Shown here one piece after another: positions 49,768-58,510 of a DNA stretch of 64,000 nucleotides; position 1 is the stretch's first letter; the number at the start of each line of letters is the position of its first letter. The DNA is from an uncultured Lentisphaerales bacterium (GTDB lineage Bacteria; Verrucomicrobiota; Lentisphaeria; JABSQK01; UBA12247), in the NCBI GenBank assembly GCA_943788985.1, contig CALSSJ010000002.1:1-64000 (forward strand), in the 5' to 3' direction. The notes beneath the pieces are model-generated. The model was not told the DNA's origin and made no database searches. It saw only the letters and a program-made list of their open reading frames with translations. Position numbers and translations under genes: made by a program.

Positions 49768-49824
49768 CGCGAGGATTCTGAACAGGCCGTGGAAAGATCC
49801 ACACAGCCACGCTTAAGCCAGACC

Positions 49825-50130
49825 ATGGATTTTTTCATCCCAGCCGACGAAGCGCACGTCAAGCGCGAGAAAACCAGGGCCCGCGATTTGCGGAGTTCGC
49901 AATGGTGGAAGAATCAAAAGGGCCACGCGCGTTGCCACTACTGCCAGGCACAGGTCCATCCTTCTGAGCTCACCATGGATCACGTCGTCCCCATCGTCCG
50001 CGGTGGCAAGACCACCAAGGGCAACGTTGTCCCCGCCTGTAAGCCCTGCAACGACAACAAGAAGTATCTGCTGCCGATCGAATGGCAGGAATACCTCGAC
50101 AGCCTATCAAAGCCCAGTACCGACTCATGA
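49825..50130 (+). CDS. Small HNH endonuclease
   Basis: CHYC, LTMDHVVP, GGKTTKGNVVPACKPCN. Confidence 0.9.
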   Translation: MDFFIPADEAHVKREKTRARDLRSSQWWKNQKGHARCHYCQAQVHPSELTMDHVVPIVRGGKTTKGNVVPACKPCNDNKKYLLPIEWQEYLDSLSKPSTDS

Positions 50131-50855
50131 ACCTGCTGAAGCGCTACATCGTGACGGCCTTGTACGCAATCGCAGCCTTCCTCGTCGCGGCCACGCTGAC
50201 TTGGCGCAACGCGCACTACTCGCTCGAACTCGTGTGGGTCGGCGGCTTTATCGCCTGCGCTGGGCTATCGCTGATATTCTGCTTTCTTGCGCTCACGCCC
50301 GTCATCCGCAGGCGCCGGGCCAAGCTCAAGGAACAAGTGTCCGACGCGCACTATCTCGTTGCCCGAGAGACACTTGCCGCCTTCCAAGAGACTGAGCTTA
50401 CCGGTCCCCTGGCACAGCAACTTGCCAATCAGCTGGCAGAGTTGCACGATGCCCTGTGGCAGCCCGGCGGCATTGATGATCTGCCCTCCGCACCACGTCG
50501 TCGTCTCCGTGCCGAGTTATCCCCTCTGTTCCACCATGCCCGCGCCCTTGTCGAGCAACTCCAGGAGAACCCTGAGAACGAAGAGATCAAGGTCGAATTG
50601 CTCCTAAATAGCGCCGAGACACTTCGTGCAGACTTGGACCAAATTCTCACCGAATTCGCCCAAGATCCTGAGCTTCAGCCGCTCGCCCAAGCCCAGGCTC
50701 CAACCCAATCCCTGTTCACCCTAGTAGACGCCTACGATGCCGATCAAGGCATCCGTCCCGGCACCTACTCGCTCCTCCTCTCTCCGCTCAAGCAAAAAGA
50801 AGCGTCCGCCTCAGGAAAAACGCGCACCGTGACCTTTCATTTGGTCCCCGGCTAA
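50127..50855 (+). CDS. Hypothetical membrane protein (2 TM + helical domain)
   Basis: ATGA overlap with the HNH gene; two hydrophobic segments. Confidence 0.7.
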   Translation: MNLLKRYIVTALYAIAAFLVAATLTWRNAHYSLELVWVGGFIACAGLSLIFCFLALTPVIRRRRAKLKEQVSDAHYLVARETLAAFQETELTGPLAQQLANQLAELHDALWQPGGIDDLPSAPRRRLRAELSPLFHHARALVEQLQENPENEEIKVELLLNSAETLRADLDQILTEFAQDPELQPLAQAQAPTQSLFTLVDAYDADQGIRPGTYSLLLSPLKQKEASASGKTRTVTFHLVPG

Positions 50856-50856
50856 C

Positions 50857-53217
50857 TTACTGATCGTGCATCGTGACGATCGTCACGCCATCCGATCCGG
50901 GCAGCTCACCAAACTTCGCCAGTCGAAAAGAATCCACCCCTCTGCAGTCCCGCAGCAACCGATGCACCGCGTCACGGAGCCTTCCCGTTCCGCGCCCATG
51001 CACCACGTGAAACTTGGCCAGCCCGGAAAGCCCAATGTCACTCAGGTGCTTCTCCAGCTTGGGCATGGCCTCATCCACGCGCATCCCTACCAGCACGATC
51101 TCCTGCGACACCGCCCGCGAGACCGGCGGCTTCGTCACGTGGGCGGCCGGCTTTGCCTTCTTCTTGGCCACCGCCAGCTGCGTTGCCGGAACCTGAAACC
51201 GCTTCCCGTCCACATCCACGCTCGCGCGGCCCTTATCGATGGCAAGTAGTGTCCCCTCCTCGCCCAGCAATTCCACGCGCACCCAATCTCCTACCTGCGG
51301 ATTCACAGCTGGCTGCTGCGGCACCTTCGGCTTCTCTGAGACTTCAACCACTGCCTGCGCCATGCGCTTCGACTTTTCCTGCGCCTTTGCTCGCAGCTCG
51401 CCTGCCTGCTTCTTATTGCCAGCCTGCTCCGCCTGCCGCAACATCTTATCCATGTCGCGACGCGTGTTGTCCACGATATTGCGTGCTTCTTGCTTGGCTT
51501 CCTTCAGCAAGCCCCGCCGCTGCTTCTTGAGTTCGCCCAACTCTTGCTGTAACTCGTCTCGCTCCTTCATCAGCTTCGCGTGCTGGCTGCGAATCTCGCC
51601 CAGCTTGTCACGCATCTCGCGATCCTGATCCTGCAACGAAGACAACAGATCTTCCACCTGTGTGTTGTCAGTCCCCGTCTGTTCGCGGCTAAACCCAATC
51701 ACCCGTTCCGGAATGCCGAACCGGCGCGCCACATCGAGTGCATGCGATGCGCCCGGCCTCCCCAGAATCAGCTTATACTCAGGCTTCAGCGTCTCCCTGT
51801 TAAACAAGACCGTCGAATTCAGCATCCGCACATCCTGCTGCACATGCTCCTTCACCACGCCCAGATGAGTCGTCGCCAACACCAGCACATCGCGCCTGGC
51901 CAGCTCGTCCAGAATCCCGCAGGCCAAGGCGCCGCCCTCGAGTGGATCCGTGCCTGCGCAAAGCTCATCCAGCATGATCAAATGCGTCCCTTGCTCGGTC
52001 GCCCGCATCATCGCGCTGATATTCTTCATATGCGCGCTGAACGTACTCAAATTCTGCTGCAGCGACTGCTCATCACCGATATCCGCGTGCAGCCCTTCAA
52101 ACCGTCGCAGCTGCGTCCGTGCATCCACCGGAATCGGCAGCCCCAGCTGCCCCAGTACCGTCAGCAGGCCAATCGTCTTCAGCACGATCGTCTTTCCCCC
52201 GGAATTCGAGCCCGTCACCGCCAACACCTTCATGTCCACGCCCAGCCGCATATCCAGAGGCACCAGCTCCTCCATGCGATTCTCCTCACGCAGCTGCGCC
52301 TGCAGCAGCGGGTGACGGGCGTCATGCATCACCAGCGCTTTCCCGAAAGGCACATAGCAGCAGTCAAAATCTCGAGACCAGTTACTCACCGCGCAAGCTA
52401 CATCGTACTCACACAGCGCCTCCTCATTCACTCGCAGCGCTGCGGAGTTCGCACGCACCAAGTCACTGAGTTCCGCCAGGATTTTGCGGCACTCGTCGCG
52501 TTCTTCCACCCGCAGCCCGGTCAGGTCGTTGCCCATCTCCACCAGCGCCTGCGGCTCCACGAACAACGTGCGCCCACTGTTCGACTGGTCATGGACAATC
52601 CCGCGAATCCGCGTGCGTAGCTCACGCCGCACCGGCACCACATACCGACCATTCCGCAGGTCGATATACTGGTCCTGCAGCGCCTCCTGAATGTGCGGAG
52701 TTCGCAACAGCGCTTCCAGCTTGGCATTGATCTGCGCCGAGAGCTGACGTAGTCCACGGCGCACCTCGTACAGCCGATCACTCGCTCGGTCCATGATCTC
52801 ACCCTTGCGATCAAACACTTGGTCGATCTTAGCCACCAGCTCATCGCACGGGTCCATCCTGTCCATACAGCTGCGGATTGCCTTGCAATTCAGCTCCCGA
52901 CGCCGAGCGAATGTCTTCAGTCGCTCCACCAGCTCCAGCACCCGGCGCAAGATCTCGAATTCATCTGCGCTCAGAATCACACCCTCGCGACGCGCGCTCG
53001 TCAGAATCTCTCGGAGCGACTGAAACGCCGCCACCGGCAGACTAATGTTCTTACTCAGCAAGCCCATGCACTCTTGCACCAACGTCCGTTGCGGCGCAGT
53101 TGCGGAGTCCGCAAGCGCAGCCAGACGCACCCGCCCGCTCTCCGATGCTGCGTAGTTCGCAATTTGCTCCAGAGTCTGGGGTACTTCCAAGACCCGGTAG
53201 GCATGCCTGTCGCTCAT
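50857..53217 (-). CDS. mutS2: Endonuclease MutS2
   Basis: TGSNSGGKT, DIGDEQSLQQNLSTFSAH, LDELCAGTDP, TTH; C-terminal Smr VHGRGTGRLR. Confidence 0.95.
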   Translation of the reverse strand: MSDRHAYRVLEVPQTLEQIANYAASESGRVRLAALADSATAPQRTLVQECMGLLSKNISLPVAAFQSLREILTSARREGVILSADEFEILRRVLELVERLKTFARRRELNCKAIRSCMDRMDPCDELVAKIDQVFDRKGEIMDRASDRLYEVRRGLRQLSAQINAKLEALLRTPHIQEALQDQYIDLRNGRYVVPVRRELRTRIRGIVHDQSNSGRTLFVEPQALVEMGNDLTGLRVEERDECRKILAELSDLVRANSAALRVNEEALCEYDVACAVSNWSRDFDCCYVPFGKALVMHDARHPLLQAQLREENRMEELVPLDMRLGVDMKVLAVTGSNSGGKTIVLKTIGLLTVLGQLGLPIPVDARTQLRRFEGLHADIGDEQSLQQNLSTFSAHMKNISAMMRATEQGTHLIMLDELCAGTDPLEGGALACGILDELARRDVLVLATTHLGVVKEHVQQDVRMLNSTVLFNRETLKPEYKLILGRPGASHALDVARRFGIPERVIGFSREQTGTDNTQVEDLLSSLQDQDREMRDKLGEIRSQHAKLMKERDELQQELGELKKQRRGLLKEAKQEARNIVDNTRRDMDKMLRQAEQAGNKKQAGELRAKAQEKSKRMAQAVVEVSEKPKVPQQPAVNPQVGDWVRVELLGEEGTLLAIDKGRASVDVDGKRFQVPATQLAVAKKKAKPAAHVTKPPVSRAVSQEIVLVGMRVDEAMPKLEKHLSDIGLSGLAKFHVVHGRGTGRLRDAVHRLLRDCRGVDSFRLAKFGELPGSDGVTIVTMHDQ

Positions 53218-53271
53218 AGTCTCTTGCCTAGCCTGGATTCGTCATTTCCGGTATCATACACGCGATCCCGA

Positions 53272-54684
53272 CTAATCAGCAGTCGAATCCAGCGGATCTA
53301 CCTGATTGCCTGCCCGCAGCCAGCTCACGCCCCGCACCGCCAGAAACAGGTAAAACGGCAAATACTCGGCCGTTTGCAGCACCGCATACCGCGTCCTGCT
53401 ACCGGGCACATAGGCGATATGAAAGTTAAGGTAGTACAGCGAGGTAACCGCGAACAGCACCAGCAGCGACGGCGAGCGCACCAACAGCCAGAACGGCAAG
53501 CACCATAACAAATACCACGGATTCCCAACCGGCCCGATTAAAAACAACCAGGCCAGCGTCCACATACAGGCTCGGACCAGCTGCTGCTCACTCTTGACAC
53601 GCGTGGCCGCCCAGCACACACCACAGCCAAACAGGCCCAAGAGCAGCGCCTTCGTCCACCCGCCATCATCCCCCAGAACCAGCAGCACCAGCTCGTAGAT
53701 CGAGCCATTCATGATCCAGTCCCGTGAGAAAGCCTGCAGGCCCTCAAGTGGGGCCGGCACGCCCAGCACCAGCGGCAACGCCAGCAACACGCAAATCGCT
53801 GCGAACATCGCACTCCAGCGCAGTGCCGCCGCTCGCGACTGCCCGCGCCAAATCCAGCCCACCACCAACGGCGCCAGCACCACCGGCGTCAACTTCACGA
53901 AGGCTGCCCCCGCCAGCGCCACCGCAGCCAACACCGTCGCCCGCCGCAGAATCGCAATCATAAACACCGCCAGAAACAGCGCGCAGACCAGATCCACGTG
54001 CGCCGAATTCAGCCCCTCCTTCAGTACCAGCGGGCACCACGCATAGCCCAGCAGAAGCCCGCGCGGCAGCCGAGCCAGCACCAAGCACACATACAGCGCC
54101 ATCATCAACAGCCCGTCGACCAGCAGCATCGTCAAATGAAAGCCCCGCGGATTCCAACCATGCAGAGCCACATTCACCGCGAACGACACCTGGGCCATTG
54201 TCGGGTAGATCGTCTTCACATGCGGGTGATTGACCCGGTCATACACCAATTCAGCAGCCGCCAGCTGCTCGGGGTCAGTCTCAATCTCCCCCACCTCCAC
54301 CTCCTCAGGCGCTTGCGCGAACGGATGCTGCCCGGAGATCGCCACCTGCCCATCCCAGATGTAGCGATAAAAATCGGTCTCCTGAATCGGCTCCGCGCCC
54401 AGCATCACCAGCCGCATCACACCACCCGCGATCACGATCCAAGCCAGCGCCCGGAACGATTCGCAGCGCGGCGCCAGTCGCATCGCCACGGCAAACACCA
54501 CCCACGTCAGCAGATACAGCCCCGTGAACAGAAAAATCGGGCGTTCTTCCTGATTCTCGGCATAGCTGAATACAGCGCTCAGCTTCGCGATCCCGGCCCA
54601 GATCCCGATTAGCGCGAGTGCACAACAGACCAATCCCCGGGTCGTTCCGGAGTTCGCAGAAGTCTCAGACTGTCCAGATACCAA
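53272..54684 (-). CDS. GT-C fold membrane glycosyltransferase (GT87/DUF2029-like)
   Basis: ETDFYRYIWDG, VNHPHVKTIYP, YAWCPL, SAHVD, KLTP, PWY; multi-TM; start uncertain (ORF open from 54726). Confidence 0.8.
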   Translation of the reverse strand: MVSGQSETSANSGTTRGLVCCALALIGIWAGIAKLSAVFSYAENQEERPIFLFTGLYLLTWVVFAVAMRLAPRCESFRALAWIVIAGGVMRLVMLGAEPIQETDFYRYIWDGQVAISGQHPFAQAPEEVEVGEIETDPEQLAAAELVYDRVNHPHVKTIYPTMAQVSFAVNVALHGWNPRGFHLTMLLVDGLLMMALYVCLVLARLPRGLLLGYAWCPLVLKEGLNSAHVDLVCALFLAVFMIAILRRATVLAAVALAGAAFVKLTPVVLAPLVVGWIWRGQSRAAALRWSAMFAAICVLLALPLVLGVPAPLEGLQAFSRDWIMNGSIYELVLLVLGDDGGWTKALLLGLFGCGVCWAATRVKSEQQLVRACMWTLAWLFLIGPVGNPWYLLWCLPFWLLVRSPSLLVLFAVTSLYYLNFHIAYVPGSRTRYAVLQTAEYLPFYLFLAVRGVSWLRAGNQVDPLDSTAD

Positions 54685-55498
54685 GCTGTACCCAATGCGC
54701 GAACCACCCCTGAATAGAGGATCCAAGCTGCGCGCGATCTTGTTCGTTTGCTGTCGATTCGACCCTAGAAATCGCCTGGTCGAGCGGGTGTCCGGCAGCC
54801 AGCGCTGCCAGTAGTTGATATTGCGAAGCGCTCAGTGCCTCAGCGGCCTGCCGTCCACTCTGGTCGCGATAGAGCAGCCACCAACCAGCCTCACGTGCGG
54901 GGCTCGGAACCGCCTCCCGGCCTTCGGCCAGCTTCAACAGTGCGCGCGTCTCGTACAGGCTCCACTCTTCCTGAAACAGCGCCACGTAGGGCTGCAGCCG
55001 CAGCACGCGTGAACCGATCGCCGCCCGATCGCCCTCGCTCAGCGAAGCCGGGTCAAACCCCGGCTCCTCGCCGGCGATAAAGGCCCCCGCCAGAATGGTC
55101 TCCAACTCCGCCGCCTGGCACACCGCCAGATCTTCACGCCACGGCTCATGCTCTGCCAAAAACTCAAGCAAGTGATTCGCGAGGTCATTTAGCGATGGGC
55201 TGTCAGGTGGATAGCAGTCCAGATAGGCGCTGACCATCTGGTTAAACGCGTCGATCCCCAGCATCTGCTCCAAGAGCGGATACTCCTCCTGCATCACCGT
55301 CAGCAGCCGAAACCAATACTGGCGGTTATAAACCGCGACGCGATCCGCCTCCGCCTGCGCCAGCAATTCCGGCGCATATCGCTCCGTTTGACAGCGAAAG
55401 GCACCGCTCTCACCGAACTCAAACGGCTCCGAGATCGCGCTCCCGAAGTCGCGCTGCAGCACCTTCAACGATGCAGGTGGTTTAATCTGTTTCGGCAT
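54665..55498 (-). CDS. DUF2063 (HvfC/BufC-like) MNIO partner protein
   Basis: RVAVYNRQYWFRLL...EYP...LG..AF...YL..YPP.SPSL; overlaps the DUF692 stop. Confidence 0.85.
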   Translation of the reverse strand: MPKQIKPPASLKVLQRDFGSAISEPFEFGESGAFRCQTERYAPELLAQAEADRVAVYNRQYWFRLLTVMQEEYPLLEQMLGIDAFNQMVSAYLDCYPPDSPSLNDLANHLLEFLAEHEPWREDLAVCQAAELETILAGAFIAGEEPGFDPASLSEGDRAAIGSRVLRLQPYVALFQEEWSLYETRALLKLAEGREAVPSPAREAGWWLLYRDQSGRQAAEALSASQYQLLAALAAGHPLDQAISRVESTANEQDRAQLGSSIQGWFAHWVQLGIWTV

Positions 55499-56321
55499 AA
55501 GCCTGCTGAATCTCCTTAGCTTTCATCGCCTCCGCCAGCGTCTCTTCAAAGGATAAAAACTCAGCATCCCATTCGAGCACCGTTGTCACCCCACCCGTGC
55601 GCGCATGCACCGTGCGATAGAGCTCCCAGACCTGCTCCTTTACGTAGTTATCATGCGTGTCCAGCAGCAGCCCGTCGGGAAGTTCGCTATGACCAGCCAC
55701 ATGCACCTGCAGCACACGCTCATAGGGGATATGCCGCAAATACTCGCCTGCATCGAACCCGTGATTCACGCTCGAGACGAACACATTATTCACATCCAAC
55801 ATCATCGACACATCGGCCTGCTCCACCACCTCCCGATAAAACTCCCACTCGGTCATCTCGGAGTTCCGAAAAGTCACATAGCTCGACAAGTTCTCCAAGG
55901 CCAGCGGCAGCTCCAAGTAATCCTGCGCAATCCGCGCCTTCTCCGCGATGAACCGCGCGTACTCCCGCGTGTACGGGACCGGCAGCAAGTCGTGGTATTG
56001 ATGCGTGTGGGCGCGCGTCCAGCACAAGTGATCACTCAGCCACGGCGTCCCCGTCCGCGCACACAGCGCCTTCAACCGCGCCAGGTACTCAAAATCCAGC
56101 GCCTCCGCCGAGGCGATACTCAGCGACACCCCATGCTGGATCACCGGATACCGCTCCAGAATCCGATCCAGGTTTCTGAGTGGCATCCCCCCAGCCACCA
56201 TGAAATTCTCAGAGATAATCTCGAAAAAATCCACAGCCGGCCACTGCTCGAAGATGTGGGCATAGTGCGGAATCCGCAACCCCACGCCCACCCCGAGATT
56301 CTGTGCTGTACATGCCGCCAT
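55482..56321 (-). CDS. DUF692 multinuclear non-heme iron oxidative enzyme (MNIO; HvfB/BufB/MbnB-like)
   Basis: GVGLRIPHY, FEIISEN, HGVSLS, SDHLCW, ENLSSY, LDVNN, HVAGH, DTH, LEWD. Confidence 0.93.
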   Translation of the reverse strand: MAACTAQNLGVGVGLRIPHYAHIFEQWPAVDFFEIISENFMVAGGMPLRNLDRILERYPVIQHGVSLSIASAEALDFEYLARLKALCARTGTPWLSDHLCWTRAHTHQYHDLLPVPYTREYARFIAEKARIAQDYLELPLALENLSSYVTFRNSEMTEWEFYREVVEQADVSMMLDVNNVFVSSVNHGFDAGEYLRHIPYERVLQVHVAGHSELPDGLLLDTHDNYVKEQVWELYRTVHARTGGVTTVLEWDAEFLSFEETLAEAMKAKEIQQAYAETD

Positions 56322-56494
56322 TTCCGCTATGTTCCGTCAGGACCCTGATTAATTCATGCGAGTAGCCAGACCGCCAATCTACTGCCTGCGTAGAGCGCCT
56401 GCACGGCGAAACCCGGATCATTCACTGAAAGCGGAGAATGCTGCGCGGCGCTGTACTGTACGCGGCTTCATTGCTCACTTAAGGAGATCCTGCT

Positions 56495-57736
56495 TTGAAA
56501 AAGACGCTTCGCGACTTGGAGCTATCGAGTAAGCGCGTCATCATGCGCGCCGACTTTAATGTCCCACTGAAGAACGGGACCATTACGGACGACGCACGCA
56601 TTTGCGGCGCGCTACCGAGCATTCAACACATTCTGGACCAAGGCGCATCACTCATCCTGATGAGCCACCTTGGCCGCCCAGCCGAAACCGGCTTCGAGGC
56701 CAAATTCAGCCTCAAGCCAGTCGCTGAGCGCCTGGCCGAACTTGTCGACGCCCCCGTCACACTCGCTGGCGATTGCATAGGTGACGACGTCGCCGCCCAG
56801 GCCGCCGCCCTCCAACCGGGCGAGATCCTGATCCTGGAGAACACTCGCTTCCATAAAGCAGAGCAAGCCAAGGCCGAAAAAGGCCTCGAAGGCGACGCCA
56901 AAGCAGCACGGAAAGCCGAGCTGGCAGCTGCCCAGGAAGCCATGGGCCGCGAGCTTGCAGCGCTAGCTGACGTCTATGTCAACGACGCCTTTGGCACAGC
57001 CCATCGCGCCCACGCCTCCACCTCCATCATTGCGAAGTTTGCAACAGAATCCGCCGTCGGCTTTCTCATCGAGAAAGAGCTCAAGTTCCTCGGGGACACC
57101 ATCGAGAACGCCGAGAAACCCTTCGTCGCCATCATCGGCGGCGCCAAGATTTCTGGCAAGCTCGAAGTGCTCAAAAGTCTGATTGGCAAGGTCGACACCA
57201 TTCTCATTGGTGGGGGCATGGCCTACACCTTCCAGAAGGCCCAGGGTCGCTCCATCGGTGGCTCCATCCATGAGGATGACCTCATGCCCACCAGCCTCGA
57301 AATCCTGGCAGAAGCCAAGGCCAAAGGTACCGAGATCCTGCTCCCGATTGATACCGTAATCGCAGACGACTTCAGTGTCGATGCCAACACCCAGATCACC
57401 GGCGGAGGCTACGACAAGCCTTGGGAAGGCCTGGACATCGGACCTGAAGCCACCAAGCACTTCTGCGCTGCCATCTCCGCAGCCAAGACCGTCATCTGGA
57501 ACGGCCCCATGGGCTGCTTCGAAATGGAGCCATTTTCTCACGGCACCAACGCGGTCGCCCAGGCGCTCGCAGACTCAGACGCTATCAGCATCATCGGCGG
57601 CGGCGACTCAGCCGCTGCTGTTCGTCAAGCGGGGCTCGTCGACGCAATGAGCCACGTATCCACCGGAGGCGGTGCCTCCCTGGAATTCCTCGAAGGAAAA
57701 ATCCTACCAGGCGTCGACGCCGTACAGGACGTATAA
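56495..57736 (+). CDS. pgk: Phosphoglycerate kinase
   Basis: RADFNVP, SHLGRP, NDAFGTAHRAHAS, WNGPMG, STGGGASLE; TTG start after AAGGAG. Confidence 0.97.
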   Translation: MKKTLRDLELSSKRVIMRADFNVPLKNGTITDDARICGALPSIQHILDQGASLILMSHLGRPAETGFEAKFSLKPVAERLAELVDAPVTLAGDCIGDDVAAQAAALQPGEILILENTRFHKAEQAKAEKGLEGDAKAARKAELAAAQEAMGRELAALADVYVNDAFGTAHRAHASTSIIAKFATESAVGFLIEKELKFLGDTIENAEKPFVAIIGGAKISGKLEVLKSLIGKVDTILIGGGMAYTFQKAQGRSIGGSIHEDDLMPTSLEILAEAKAKGTEILLPIDTVIADDFSVDANTQITGGGYDKPWEGLDIGPEATKHFCAAISAAKTVIWNGPMGCFEMEPFSHGTNAVAQALADSDAISIIGGGDSAAAVRQAGLVDAMSHVSTGGGASLEFLEGKILPGVDAVQDV

Positions 57737-57748
57737 GGAGCGGAGCAA

Positions 57749-58510
57749 ATGGCTCGCACACTCATCATCGCTGGCAACTGGAAGCTTAATCACACCGCTG
57801 CACAAGCGAAAGCAATGGTTGCCGAACTCAAAGATCTGGTCGCAGACGTCACCACCATCGACATGGTACTCTGCCCGACCTTTACCGTCATCAGCAGCGT
57901 CGCTGCCGCTGCCGCTGGCAGCAGCATCGCCGTCGGCGCCCAGAACATCCATTGGGCCGAATCCGGAGCCTTCACCGGCGAACTCAATGCCGAGATGCTC
58001 AAGGACGCAGGCGCGACCTACGCTATCATCGGGCACAGCGAACGCCGCCAGTACTTCGGCGAGACCGACCAGACCGTCAGCCAGCGCCTCCGCGCCACGC
58101 TCGACGGCGGCTTGAAGCCCATCGTCTGCATTGGCGAAACGCTCGAGCAGCGCGAAGCCGACGAGACCAATACCGTTCTTGCTACCCAGCTGGACGGTGG
58201 CCTCGCTGGCCTCAGCGCCGACGAAGTCGCAAATCTCGTCCTCGCCTATGAGCCCGTCTGGGCCATCGGCACCGGCAAGACTGCATCCCCCCAGCAGGCC
58301 CAAGACACTCACGCGTTCATTCGCAGCCATGTCGCAGCCAGCTTTGGCGACGCAGCAGCAGCTGGCGTCCGCATTCAGTACGGCGGTTCAGTCAAGCCAG
58401 GCAATGCCGCCGAACTCATGGGCCAGCCGGATATCGACGGTGCGCTAGTAGGCGGTGCCAGTCTCAAGGCTGCTGACTTCAGCGAGATTCTGCATAACTC
58501 ACAGACGTGA
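57749..58510 (+). CDS. tpiA: Triosephosphate isomerase
   Basis: AGNWK, GHSERR, AYEPVWAIGTG, YGGSV, LVGGASL. Confidence 0.98.
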   Translation: MARTLIIAGNWKLNHTAAQAKAMVAELKDLVADVTTIDMVLCPTFTVISSVAAAAAGSSIAVGAQNIHWAESGAFTGELNAEMLKDAGATYAIIGHSERRQYFGETDQTVSQRLRATLDGGLKPIVCIGETLEQREADETNTVLATQLDGGLAGLSADEVANLVLAYEPVWAIGTGKTASPQQAQDTHAFIRSHVAASFGDAAAAGVRIQYGGSVKPGNAAELMGQPDIDGALVGGASLKAADFSEILHNSQT

